From: Marsupella aquatica
Taxonomy: Eukaryota > Plantae > Marchantiophyta
Direction: 5' to 3'
Assembly: GCA_973895155.1 (NCBI GenBank)
Contig: OZ316896.1
Span: 21,393,543 to 21,457,542, forward strand
DNA: 64,000 bases
In this document: positions 12,539-23,594 of the stretch, one piece after another
Numbering within the stretch: position 1 is the first letter of the stretch
Layout: the number at the start of each line of letters is the position of its first letter
Made by a program: the position numbers and the translations under genes
Notes under the pieces: generated by a model
What the model saw: the letters and a program-made list of their open reading frames with translations, nothing else
What the model was told of the DNA's origin: nothing
Databases searched by the model: none

Positions 12539-14169
12539 AGTGCTCAGTGGTATGACTACAGTAAAAGCACTATTACCGACTTTATAGATACTCAAAGCAG
12601 AGGAAAACACTCCTGAAAGAAAACATAAAGCATACACGAGGAAAACACAATCGTTTCATCAATCAGGAGTACGTTGGTAACATTAGCATGGTCAAGAGAA
12701 CATGGGGTTCCTGAGGAATTGAAACGATCTGTGACTGTTCGAAGATCTGTCGCAGCGAAATTTGACATTTAAATTTGCATTCCAAGCTCCTCGACGTAGC
12801 TGCTCGAAAAAAGTTCCATCTCCAACAAGTACCGTTGTAGTGAATGCCTCAAATTCAGTTTTCCTTCCGATGAGTGATATCGATATCTAGTGATTATACT
12901 TCGTCATTGGTTCCTTAGTCCGTTTCTAACGACGCGTCAACTTTTGATCTAAACGAAGCCCAGTATCTTGAGAAAATTAACTAAAGGAACACGGCGGAAT
13001 GCATAGTTCGTTTGTACGTAGTGGTTTCCGGAACACACTAGACAATGTGACTCGCAGACTGCCCGGTTATTAAATCGAGTTTTGTCAATCGAGTTTATGC
13101 TTTACTATACATCCATTCACTACCCAGTTGAGCACACAAAAAGATAAGCAGACGAAGATAGAAGTAGGGACCGAAATTGAACAAACCGTTGCCTAGATTC
13201 GTTCAGCAAGTGGCTGCAAACAGAACTGCGTCAGAAGCGAAATCCTAGGATATCGCCGAGCAGAGAAGAGAGGAGAGGAGCAGAGCTAGAGCGCGTGCGC
13301 GATGCTGGTGGCAAGGACGAGCCCAGTCCCAACCTGAAGAAGAAGGATGTCAAAAGCTCTTCTCACTCCGGATTGTTTGGCACCGCTCTCTCTCTTCTTC
13401 TCTCGCGTCTACCTCTCTGTAGTCCACTCCTGCAGCAGCGAGAAGCAGGAGGTAGAGTCGGGGCAGGACGGTACAAGAAGGGTCTCCCATCCCATCGAAG
13501 GACGACTCCGAATTGTTGGACACATCTCTCTCTCCTCTCGACTTCTACCCATCTGGACGCCACATCTGGACGCCACTCCAGAAACAAGAGAAAGTCAAGT
13601 CAGGGCAGGACGGTACGAGAAGGGTCTCTCGTTGAAGGAGGACTCTCGATTGTTTGGCACAGCAGAGCTCACACTCACTCTTTTCCGTTTACCCTTCTTT
13701 TGGTCTTAGGGCCTCTTGGATTACTCCGCTTGACCCTGCTATGCAGTTCACATTGGACCTATACCAGGTTCTTCACTTTGTCAATCCCTTTTTATTCTTA
13801 CTTTTTTTTGTTTTGGTGGTTTGTTTGGGGGATAATTTGCATTTATTAGAGAAGCCACTGCAGCGAAGACCAGCAAGGCAACAAACCTCCTATACCAGGT
13901 TCTTCAGTTTGCCAATCCGTAGGCCTTGGGTTCTAGTTGTTGGGGTTTGCAGTAGTTCTTTTGTTTCTTTGCTTCTTGGCCTTTCTTGGTCCTTTGATTG
14001 GGCTCCCTTGATTGGGTCTTTTAATTGCCTGTGAGATCATGTCTCCTGGTTGCGCATCCTTCATATTTGGCAGTTTGAAATATACCTATACAGCCCTCTA
14101 TGAAGGAAGGCTCCGGATTATTTGGCACAGTGTGTGTCTCTCTTGCCGTATACCTCTTTGGACTCCACT

Positions 14170-14171
<2 letters not shown>

Positions 14172-14203
<32 letters not shown>
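14172..14203. repeat. (AG)n microsatellite
   Basis: About 16 AG units. Confidence 0.95.
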
Positions 14204-14207
<4 letters not shown>

Positions 14208-14864
14208 GTACAAAGAAGCTTCATTCCACAACTCTGATTGACAGCTATATAACACTCCCAAGATCCCCAAACCAGGAGACATGATCTCAACAGTGAAAAG
14301 ACTCAATAAAAGGAGGGAGAAAAGGAAGACCCTGAGAAGATGAAAGAGGCCCAACAAACCTGCAAATCCCCCACAATAACCAAAAGCCACTAAGAAGTCA
14401 ACAAAGATCTAAAACCATCTAGGCAAAAAACTTAGAAGTTAGGTAGAGCTCCGGGGTAAACAGCAAAGGAGGGTTACGGAGGGGAATCTGTCTAGAAGCC
14501 CTTAAACCAACACCCTTGACTCTACAAAGAATAGTGAAAGCCTGGGCCCTCTAAAGTGCCACCAGTTGTGCAAACACAAGATTAAGACTGAGGGAAAAGG
14601 TCTCTGCACAAGCCTAAAGAAATTGGTCAAAGAAAGGGGAGGGCATCAAAGGTCTCTAGAGCAAAAGGGTAGAAAAAATACTCTAGGCAACGAACAGAAT
14701 TAGACCCCCTCCAGCCGGGCAGCCTTAGCTGCTGCATGACCAGGCACGTTGACAACAACCACAATGTTACTCCTATCAGTAAGATCATCAACAACCACAT
14801 CCCCAAGGACACATACTCCTTGGTGACACGGTCCAAGTCAGCCTGCCAAAGGTCAAGAACTTCA

Positions 14865-15290
14865 TGTTAGGCATTTACTCTTAACTGTCTAGGGTTATGA
14901 CTGTAACCATAGTTAGGGCTTACTTGCATTTGTTCCTAGTATAGGGTTATGACTATAACCATAGTGAGGGTTTACCTTAGCTGCCACTCACCCCATTACT
15001 AGTTGCAGAGAGTGCGACAGGTTAGGTTAACTAGGCCGCACACTATATCCCAAATAGTGTTTGCTTTAATAGCACAAACTCAAGCTCATTCTTACGGAGC
15101 CAGTTGAGAGATAAAGAAATCTTGTATTGTGGAGACTTGGTATGGCCGACCGGAGTAGAGTGCAGTAAAACTCTCGTGGGTTCCCATGGACGTAGCCTCA
15201 GTTGAGGTGAACCACATATCTCTCTATGTCGATTACTTGTGCATTGGATGGTTCATGGCTTGCCGTTATGAATGTCCTCTTTGCTCAACA
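14865..15290 (+). mobile_element. Solo LTR related to the downstream copia element
   Basis: TG...CA termini (tgttag...ctcaaca) with 5-bp TSD CTTCA (14860-14864 and 15291-15295). The 3' half is clearly similar to the LTRs at 21740 and 39891 (e.g. ttggtatggccg..tagagtgcagtaaa..ggacgtagcctca..gaggtgaaccac). Confidence 0.9.
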
Positions 15291-15308
15291 CTTCATCTCG
15301 AGGAGGAA

Positions 15309-15938
15309 CGACATGTCATCACTCTATATGGACATAATCTCTCCATGGAATAATCTCTATATGGAATTTTCTATATGTCCATATATGGAATCTCTATATC
15401 GGGAATTTGTTGCTAACCGCAACCGGAGGCATAAAGGAGAAGATTGGGACGCCCTAATAATTTAGCATGAAGAACTCTCCTGATTATTCCATATAGAGTG
15501 ATGACATGTCCATGGAGAGTTCTTCATGGTAAATTATTAGGGCATCCCAATCTTCTCCTTTATGCCTCCGGTTGCGCTCGGGGGGGGGGGGGTCACTATA
15601 TGGAGGGCCATACATCGCGTGCGACATTTTAGGGTTTGACCCCCCTAACTTATAAGTGAAAATATGTTTTTGCAAAGCCCTTTCTTTCTTTAGATTTTGT
15701 CAATTTTTATTAAAAAACCCCTAAAAACTTTAAAGAAAGTATTTTTTGTAATTAAATAGGCCTATGTGTTCTTTAAAGTTGACCAGTCAATAAAACATGC
15801 CCTATGTGTTCTTCCACCAAATTTTGGAAGTCTTCCGCCACACCCATTTAAATGGGCCTATACTTCGTCACACGTGATGTGCCACTTCCGTGGAAGTGAC
15901 CCCCCCCCCAGCGGTTGCGGTTAGCAACAAATTCCCGA
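15309..15938. repeat. Nested inverted-repeat (foldback/MITE-like) region
   Basis: Perfect 27-bp IR at 15399-15425 / 15912-15938, ~63-bp IR at 15418-15480 / 15514-15576 and 23-bp IR at 15309-15331 / 15488-15510; no clear TSD. Confidence 0.7.
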
Positions 15939-17224
15939 CAAAAAAGTGGCAGATACAAAAATGCGCACACTCCTGACCCATGACCAAAACACAAAAATGC
16001 GTGTCCACACACTTCCGACACATGACCAAAAACAATAGTTTCGCTTGTCATTTTTTTCCACAAACTTCCAGGTTTGAGACTCCCTAATGTTGTTCTCACC
16101 CACCGGTAGTATCAACAACAACCACATCACCAAGGGCACTTACTCCAGCCCGAGAAAAAGACCAGGTCAGTCTGCCAAAGGTCAATGACACCATCTCAAG
16201 AGAGAACTACATGCAATTAGGGCATGTCAAAGCACAGTTGTATAAAATGCACTTATGGCCATGACAGAATCCTTATGGGTTACCAAAATACATACCCCCA
16301 TAACAGCAGTATATCAAAAACATAAAGCCTAAACCAAAATGTTAAGAGAGGGAGAACTTTGACACGCCCCTATTAGTCCATAGGACCTCCTTCCTTACTT
16401 CCTTCCTCTGATTGAAGGAAGGTGGTCGAGAGGGTTCTTCACGCCAATACTAAGAACAATAAAATGGAGAGTGAGAGTCCCGAGTCCCGTTCCAGCTGCC
16501 TCCCGAGCAGTACGCCCACGACCACACCGCCGAAGACGAAGACGAAGACGGAGGCTATGGAGTGAGGACTGGGGAGAGAGGGCTACGGAAGGCGGGCGGT
16601 AGGGCGACCTGGAGGGCCAGTGAGAAGACAAGTCGGCCAGATCGCAGCCAGTCAGCGAAGACCAACCCGCCTCTGTCTCGCTCCCGCATTGGCCAGCCTC
16701 GCTAGCTAGGCGAACGACCCTCACCTTATCCCTCCTTGCCCACTCGCGGATTTCGCGCATGCCCCGTTGCTCTGCTTCCCTGGTCACGGAGACCGTTCGG
16801 GGATTCGGGCCCTCGTGCCACACTTCTGGACTCAATCCTACCTCCGATTCGGGTCACGGTACCACTTTACACTATTCTAGTAGAACTGTTCAGTGTAGTG
16901 CGTGCTGAAGCCACGCACCGCCATCCTCAATCAGAGACGCGGCATTGCAGGTCTTTTTCTGCGTGCCTGCCTCTCAGTCTTCGTGCTGCGTGGAAGGAAC
17001 AATAATAGATTGCGTGATTGATTCCGGATCGAGATGCAGGGGTTCGTGATTCGTCCACAGGCAGCTGAGGAACGTTGGTTGCTAACGAGGATCTGAGTGG
17101 CATCAGTTTTTGGTGGGCATTGTCGTAGATCTCTCAACTTCCGAAAATCGTTTCAATCGTCTTCCGACCACGGAGGTTGAGGGGGATTTCGTTTGAACGG
17201 CTTGGCTGAAGAGGTCAAAGTGAA

Positions 17225-17308
17225 GCGGTGGTGTAGGAGGAGCCGAACTTTTGATCGTGGGGATTTGCGGTGGTGTAGGAGGAGCCGAACTTTTGATCGT
17301 GGGGATTT
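17225..17308. repeat. 2 x 42-bp tandem repeat upstream of the HEMA start
   Basis: gcggtggtgtaggaggagccgaacttttgatcgtggggattt twice. Confidence 0.85.
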
Positions 17309-17405
17309 GAAGGGTAGAGTCCTGAGTTTGGTGATGAGTGGATAATCTCAGCCTTGCAGTAGAGAGCTCTGGGCGGGAGCCGGATTCGACCGAAGGTTGG
17401 CACAG

Positions 17406-20043
17406 ATGGGTTCGATCCGATTCGCTGGAGCAGCAGCTTCAGTGACAGCTCCCATATGTATTTTGGAGCATAATGCAAGCGGGCGGTGTAACTTGAAGAG
17501 CTCGGCTCTGTTCGGAGCTGGCTTGGACTTACCGATCTTGAACGCGAAGAATCGCTGGTCGACAGAGAGGTTCGCCTTCCAGACAGGTGGAGTAGCTCGT
17601 GCTGAAGGATCCGGGGAGGCAATTCCACAGTTTCCTGCCAGCCATAGATTCAAAAACGCCGACTTTGCATCCTTCGAGCAATTTCGACTTGCCAAAAAGA
17701 ACAGTGAGTATCTATTGTTGCCCATTCATGCGTCATGTAGTCCAGCTCTTGTTTCTCGACAATGACTCTCTTCTTCCAGTCATGGACGACGTCGGCCAGC
17801 ACTTTTCCCTTAATACCGTCAAATAGCCTCTTCATCCATGCATAATTTCTTTTTGGATTTTGGGTATAAACTTTAGCCTCATCATCCATTCATCATTTCT
17901 TTCTGGATTTTGGGTATAATCTTCCCCTGAAGGACAATGAAAAATAAGGATTCGTTCCTGCTTGACACTGCTCAATTGCCATTCAATTAGAAAGCACTTC
18001 TGGCTGGATTGCGTGTGAAGCTACGGCAAGATTGCTTTGTGAAAGGAGGCCGATGAGGTCCATGTCTGTACGAGCTACCTGTGGTGCCAGAATTTCCCTT
18101 TCGGAATCTGCCGTGTGCCTCCGAAGTTAGTTGGGCTTTGGTGTAGGGTTTTGGCCTTCAGCATTGGCTGTCTTCCTGCATGGTTGGTATGGTAGTTGAT
18201 GGATGTTTTGATTGGTTGAGGGCATGTTGTGAACGTTTTCGCTAATTGTCTCTTCTTGTTCAGTCAGTGGACATGGAATTGCTAAGGGTGGTTAGGAGCG
18301 TCCCTCTACCGACCTTAATACACTTGCATCTGGCATTTCATGACCAATTTTTTCGGGTGATATGCAGGGTACTCAAATGTCAAAAGCAGTATCATTGTTT
18401 TGGGACTGAGCGTGCACACTGCACCGGTATCAATGCGAGAAAAGTTGGCAGTTCCAGAGGCAGAGTGGCCACGAGCCATTGAAGAGTTATGTGAACAGAA
18501 TCACATAGAAGAGGCAGCCGTGCTGAGCACATGCAACCGTATGGAAATCTATGTTGTTGCGCTTTCTTGGAACTTAGGAGTACAGGAGGTCATTCAATGG
18601 ATGTCAAAGGTAATTTTGCACTCCAGTGATTCGTTGCGGAGTCTCGTGTTCATTGAATTTAGTCCTGTGCTTGGATTACTTGGCTCTCAGAAATGTTCTA
18701 GATCTTTACTCCTTACCTCGGTTCCATGGCATGAGTTTTCCTGAATGTACCGAGAAAGTCCGGACCCTACTCTTTTCCCACTCAGTGGTGACACTATTGT
18801 GCCACATACACTCGTTAGACATCACTGTAGGTAAACAAATGTCCCAATTAGATTTTGACGTTGTGAACTTATAACTTATAGTTCATTGGCACTGGGCTAC
18901 TGGATTGCGCAGACAAGCGGAGTCCAACCTCAAGATCTAAGGGAGCATCTCTTTGTGCTGCGTGACCGGGACGCAACACAGCATCTATTCCGGGTATCAT
19001 CAGGGCTGGATTCTCTTGTACTGGGTGAAGGCCAGATTCTCGCCCAGGTGAAACAAGTCTACAAAGTGGGCCAGTTAGCTCCGAAATTTGGACGCAATTT
19101 GAATGGGCTCTTCAAGCAAGCCATTACTGCCGGCAAGCGCGTCCGCTGTGAGACCAGCATTGCTGCGGGTGCTGTTTCTGTGAGTTCAGCAGCAGTTGAG
19201 CTTGCTGTCATGAAGCTTCCCCAGCAGGCAGTGGCAAGTGCTAACGTTGTCATTGTTGGGGCTGGAAAAATGTCTAAGCTGCTGGTGAAGCACCTGATCT
19301 CCAAAGGTTGCGATAAGATTGTGGTTGTTAACAGGTCAGAGGCGAGAGTATTAGATCTTCAAGCTGAGTTTTCAGAGGCTGAGCTCACATATCAGCCCCT
19401 ACCAGAGATGATGAGATGTGCAGGGGAAGCTCATGTCATATTTACGAGCACTGCTTCTGATGTTCCTTTGTTCTTCAAGGAGCATGTCGAGCAACTTGCT
19501 CCACCGTCTCAAACCTCGAATGGCATCAGGCACTTCATAGATATTTCAGTTCCCAGGAATGTCAGTACTTGTGTGGCGGAAGTGGGATCAGCACGGGTTT
19601 ACAACGTTGATGACTTGAAGGAAGTGGTTGAGGCAAATAAGGAGGAGCGCAAGAGGAAAGCCATTGAAGCACAAGCAATCATTGAAGAGGAGATGCAGAG
19701 TTTCGAATCTTGGAGGGATTCGCTGGAGACCGTACCCACGATAAAAAAACTGAGATCTTACGCAGAGGGCATTAGAACCTCCGAGCTGGAGAAATGTTTC
19801 GGAAAGATGGGAGATGATTTGACGAAGAAAAATCGCAGGCTCATAGAAGACCTTACAAGGGGCATAGTAAACAAGCTGCTGCATGGACCCATGCAACATC
19901 TGAGAAGCGATGGAACGGATGTGAGGACCGTAAGTGAGACTTTGGAGAATATGCATGCTCTGGAAAGAATGTTTGATTTGAAGTCCGATATGGCTGCCCT
20001 TGAGAAGCAGTTCAGGTCTGCTGAACAGCAAGTCAAACAATAG
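17406..20043 (+). CDS. HEMA: Glutamyl-tRNA reductase, plastid-targeted, 3 exons
   Basis: Exons 17406-17703, 18368-18609, 18913-20043 with GT-AG junctions and matching phases. Motifs [42 protein letters not shown] and DISVPRN; N-terminal transit-peptide-like extension. Confidence 0.96.
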
Positions 20044-20819
20044 CTTTCACCCTGTATGTGGAGACTCCGGTTGTTTTTGTAGACTATTACAGACGCTCTT
20101 TTTAGCAGTGTAACAGGGAGAATTCCTGCTACTTGTTCAAATTGAGATTTTGGTGAGTTTTGGCTGGCTGGGATCTCACGGATACTGTAGATGATTACAC
20201 CCTCCCTATCCAAGGTTGTGAGTGATGGAGGCCCCCATAAATGTAAGATGTCCAAGTCTTTGTGCTATGTCCTCCATGTTTGGTGTACATGTTTGGGCTC
20301 AGCTGAATGATGGTGATGCATGGTGAGCGTGTTTCAGCTCAGCTGAATGATTTGAGTATCGAGCTCGTGTGAAAGTAATCTGCCAACTAGGTGAGCACTC
20401 AGCTAGTTTGTGATCATTCGAGTCCAGTCACTTCAGTTGATGGATGCATCGACTGAGTCTATCTTCCAACCTTTTCGTTAAAGTTCTTCACATACAGCCA
20501 GGCACAAATAAAACGAATTGGTTCCCATTTTAATGAAGAGAAACCAGTCTAGTCAGGTACCGTTATATTCAGGGGGCCATCTTGCAATCTCCTCAGTATA
20601 TTAAGGGGAGGAGAAATTACTTGCATAAACCCTTCAGGGAATTGTTACGGAGCAGAAGAAGGGCGCCCCCATCAAACAGGCTTTGCCACAAGAACATCCC
20701 AACTCACCCTACAACAAAACTACTCAAGATGGCCCTAGAGTAGTTTGGGCAAATGAAACCCACACTGAGAACACTGTGCGAGGTTATCATGGTGGTGGAG
20801 AGATGTAGTGATGGCAATG

Positions 20820-21360
20820 TACGTAGTAGACATGACACGAGTGAGGCAGTGATGGCCGTGTACCTATATTAGACATGAGTGCGCCTGGCCACCAGAGACC
20901 AAACTTCAAATTATTTAGTAACCCAGCCACTAAGCCTTGGCAGGAAGAACGACATTGCGGGCCATGTACCTAGACATGACACAAGTGAACCAAGCCAATG
21001 GTTGAGACCAAACTTTAAACTATATAACTACCCTGCCCCTAAGCCTAGGCATGGAGAGAGTCATGGCATGTACCTAGACATGGCACAAGTGAGTTGAGCC
21101 GATGCCCGACGGAGAACAGACTTCAAATTAATTAATAATCTAGCCCCTAAGCAGGGGCAGGGAGAGAGGCACTGCTGGCCATGTACTTAGACATGACACG
21201 AGTGAGCCTAGCCAATGGAGACCAGACTTCAAATTAATTAATAATCCAGCCCCTAAGCTACCCATGGAGAGAGGCACTGATGGCCATGTACCTAGACATG
21301 ACCTGAGTGAGCCTGGCCAGGGGGGACCAAACTTCAAATGAATTATCCTGGCCCTAACCC
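20820..21360. repeat. Degenerate tandem repeat, about 105-112 bp unit, about 5 copies
   Basis: Recurrent gccatgtacctagacatgacacgagtgagcc...acttcaaattaatta...gcccctaagc at about 20860, 20962, 21066, 21178 and 21283. Confidence 0.8.
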
Positions 21361-21739
21361 TAGCCTTACCAACTGCCTCGAACAGTTCTGTCCACCCACT
21401 ACCAGAGACGCACCCTGTTAACAATGGGCTTGTATCCGGCACTACTAGGCACCCCCAATGGCAGTCAAACCCTCAGTCCAACCATTAGCCGATTTACCTG
21501 TTGCGTCACACATTGTAGCTTAGACCACTGTCTACCCACGGAATGCAGGTTACAAGTGTGTAACCATTTTGGAGGCACTTGCTATTCTCATAATCTATTT
21601 TCTGGACAGTAATTATGCACTAATGGAGGTCTGGGTAGAGGTTCTAGTCTGAACTTTGCTCCAGGAAAGCTCAAAACAGCTTCCTAGTTGCCGCCTATCA
21701 GGTTTTCTTCACTTTCTGGTCACAGGGTTACAAGCTAGT

Positions 21740-22083
21740 TGTTAGATATTGCTCTAGTATTGTGACTCTTGTGCTAACCACAGTTAGGCTAACTCGGGTT
21801 AGGACCTAGCTAAGGTTAGCGGTAGTGCTGTTGTGCATATAGCTAGGGCTGATGCCAGACCCTGGTGGAACTTAGGCTCATTGTTACGGAGCTAGTTGAG
21901 AGATAGGGAGAGCTTGTGATGTGGATGCTTGGTATGGCCGGTCGGCCTAGAGTGCAGTAAAGCTCTTGTGTGTTCCCGTGGACGTAGCCTCATGTGGAGG
22001 TGAACCACGTATCTCTCTGTGTCGACTATTGTGCGTTGGATGCTTCATGGGCTTGCCGTTGCGAATGTCGTCTATGCTCATCA
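21740..22083 (+). repeat. 5' LTR (344 bp)
   Basis: tgttag...ctcatca; I count 7 substitutions against the 3' LTR by eye (about 98% identity). Confidence 0.95.
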
Positions 22084-22085
22084 AG

Positions 22086-22097
22086 TGGTATCAGAGC
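22086..22097 (+). promoter_or_regulatory. Primer-binding site complementary to the 3' end of tRNA-iMet
   Basis: TGGTATCAGAGC, 2 nt after the 5' LTR. Confidence 0.95.
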
Positions 22098-23594
22098 ATG
22101 CCTGGGAGGTGACGAGGTTTTTTCATGACAGGTTTTTCCAGCATTCATTGTCGATGGTACATTCGGAGTTTCGTCGCATGAAACTCAAATGTATGTGGTT
22201 GTGCGGATAGGTTAGTGAGAGGGCTTTCTAAAGGTGGTTAGAACTCGTTGATCGGTATCCGTGGTGCGGAGGATTTGATGTTTGCATTGTTCAGGGTTTA
22301 TTCGTGTTCGACGGTATTTCGGGGGAGAAACCAGAGATCGTTTCTTCAACGGTGTGAGCTGTGCGGTGTGCGGGGCGTCGCATGTGATAGTTCAAGTTGA
22401 AGGTTGGAGCGTGCTGGTCATTTTGGTATCTAGTTTGCTGACGTTTGCGGAACGAGTGCGTCGTGACGAGTGAAGGAGGCGTTCTGATTTTTTGACAAGC
22501 TATGGTGCTTGTTTTTCCCTGAACCGGATTACTCGTCGTGACGCTTGACTCGGAGGAAGAAATGCAAAGTGCTGAGGCTCAACGGAGAGATCATGGCGAG
22601 AGGGTCGTTTTGAGTCCGGGATTGGCACTTGACGCGGAGTGAAGGCGACGCAACAGAAGTTCTTTCTCTGGTGGAGCTTCAGACGGCCGGTGTGTGCGTG
22701 CCGGTGCAATTCGAAACATTTTCATGTCAGCGGTCATCACTTTTCTCATTGGAAACCAAAGCGGAGGCGGCTGAGGTTTGTAACACGGCCTTTGTGTCAT
22801 TTTGGGCACATTTTTAAGGTTAGTTTAGGGCATTTTTTGCCCCAATACGGCCCCAATACCCGACAAACCAGGTTCACCATACGCCCCGGCGTGCACACAC
22901 CGGCCTCCCACACCCCTTTAAGCGTGGAAACGTGCTTTTTTGGGCCCAAATACGACCAAAAACGCCCATATACGGCCCAAATACGCAAAAATACGCATGT
23001 TTTGACCCCTTTAAACCCATTTTCTCACGTTTTTTGCTGTTTATACGCGATTCTGGCCGCGACTACGCGTGCCTTTGCCCCTTTAGAGTGTGTTTTTCTG
23101 AATTTATTTTTTTCTCTCCTCCTCCTCATTGGTTGTGCCTCATCCCGGGCCCTGTGACCCTCCGTTTTAACCGCTCCGACAGGGGGAACGGCCCCCTGTG
23201 AGCCCTGTTGGACTGTGCGGGAATATTCCCAAAAAATCAGAGAGCTCTTTTTTGGCCGTCCGACAAAGATTCCGTCCACCGAACGGTAACTTTTTTAGTT
23301 CTTTTTCGGCAAGGACGTTGCCACTGGAGTTAGCAACACGGCGCACCGATCACATCGCGATTCCGATGACGGGTTGTACTTGGTATTTTGGTTATTCTCC
23401 GAGGTGGTCAAAACGGGGGAGTTTCCCAAGGTTTTACCCACCTTGACCGAAATTTGAATAAATTTTCTGTCGAATTTTGATTTTGATTTTGGCTTTCAGT
23501 ATTGGACTCCTAGCTTCGTGGACTACGCGGCGGTGTTGAGTTTTGAGTTTTATGAGAAGTTTCGAAAAAAGACATTTTTTCGTGATTATTTCAT

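Noticed and set aside
14600-16210. Duplicated segment (14760-14860 versus 16100-16200) as a LINE remnant
   Set aside because: The similarity is visible, but no RT or endonuclease motif supports a class call.
19059-20255. Minus-strand ORFs over HEMA, and similar antisense ORFs over PPO, pol and the cargo gene
   Set aside because: Shadow ORFs of real coding sequence.
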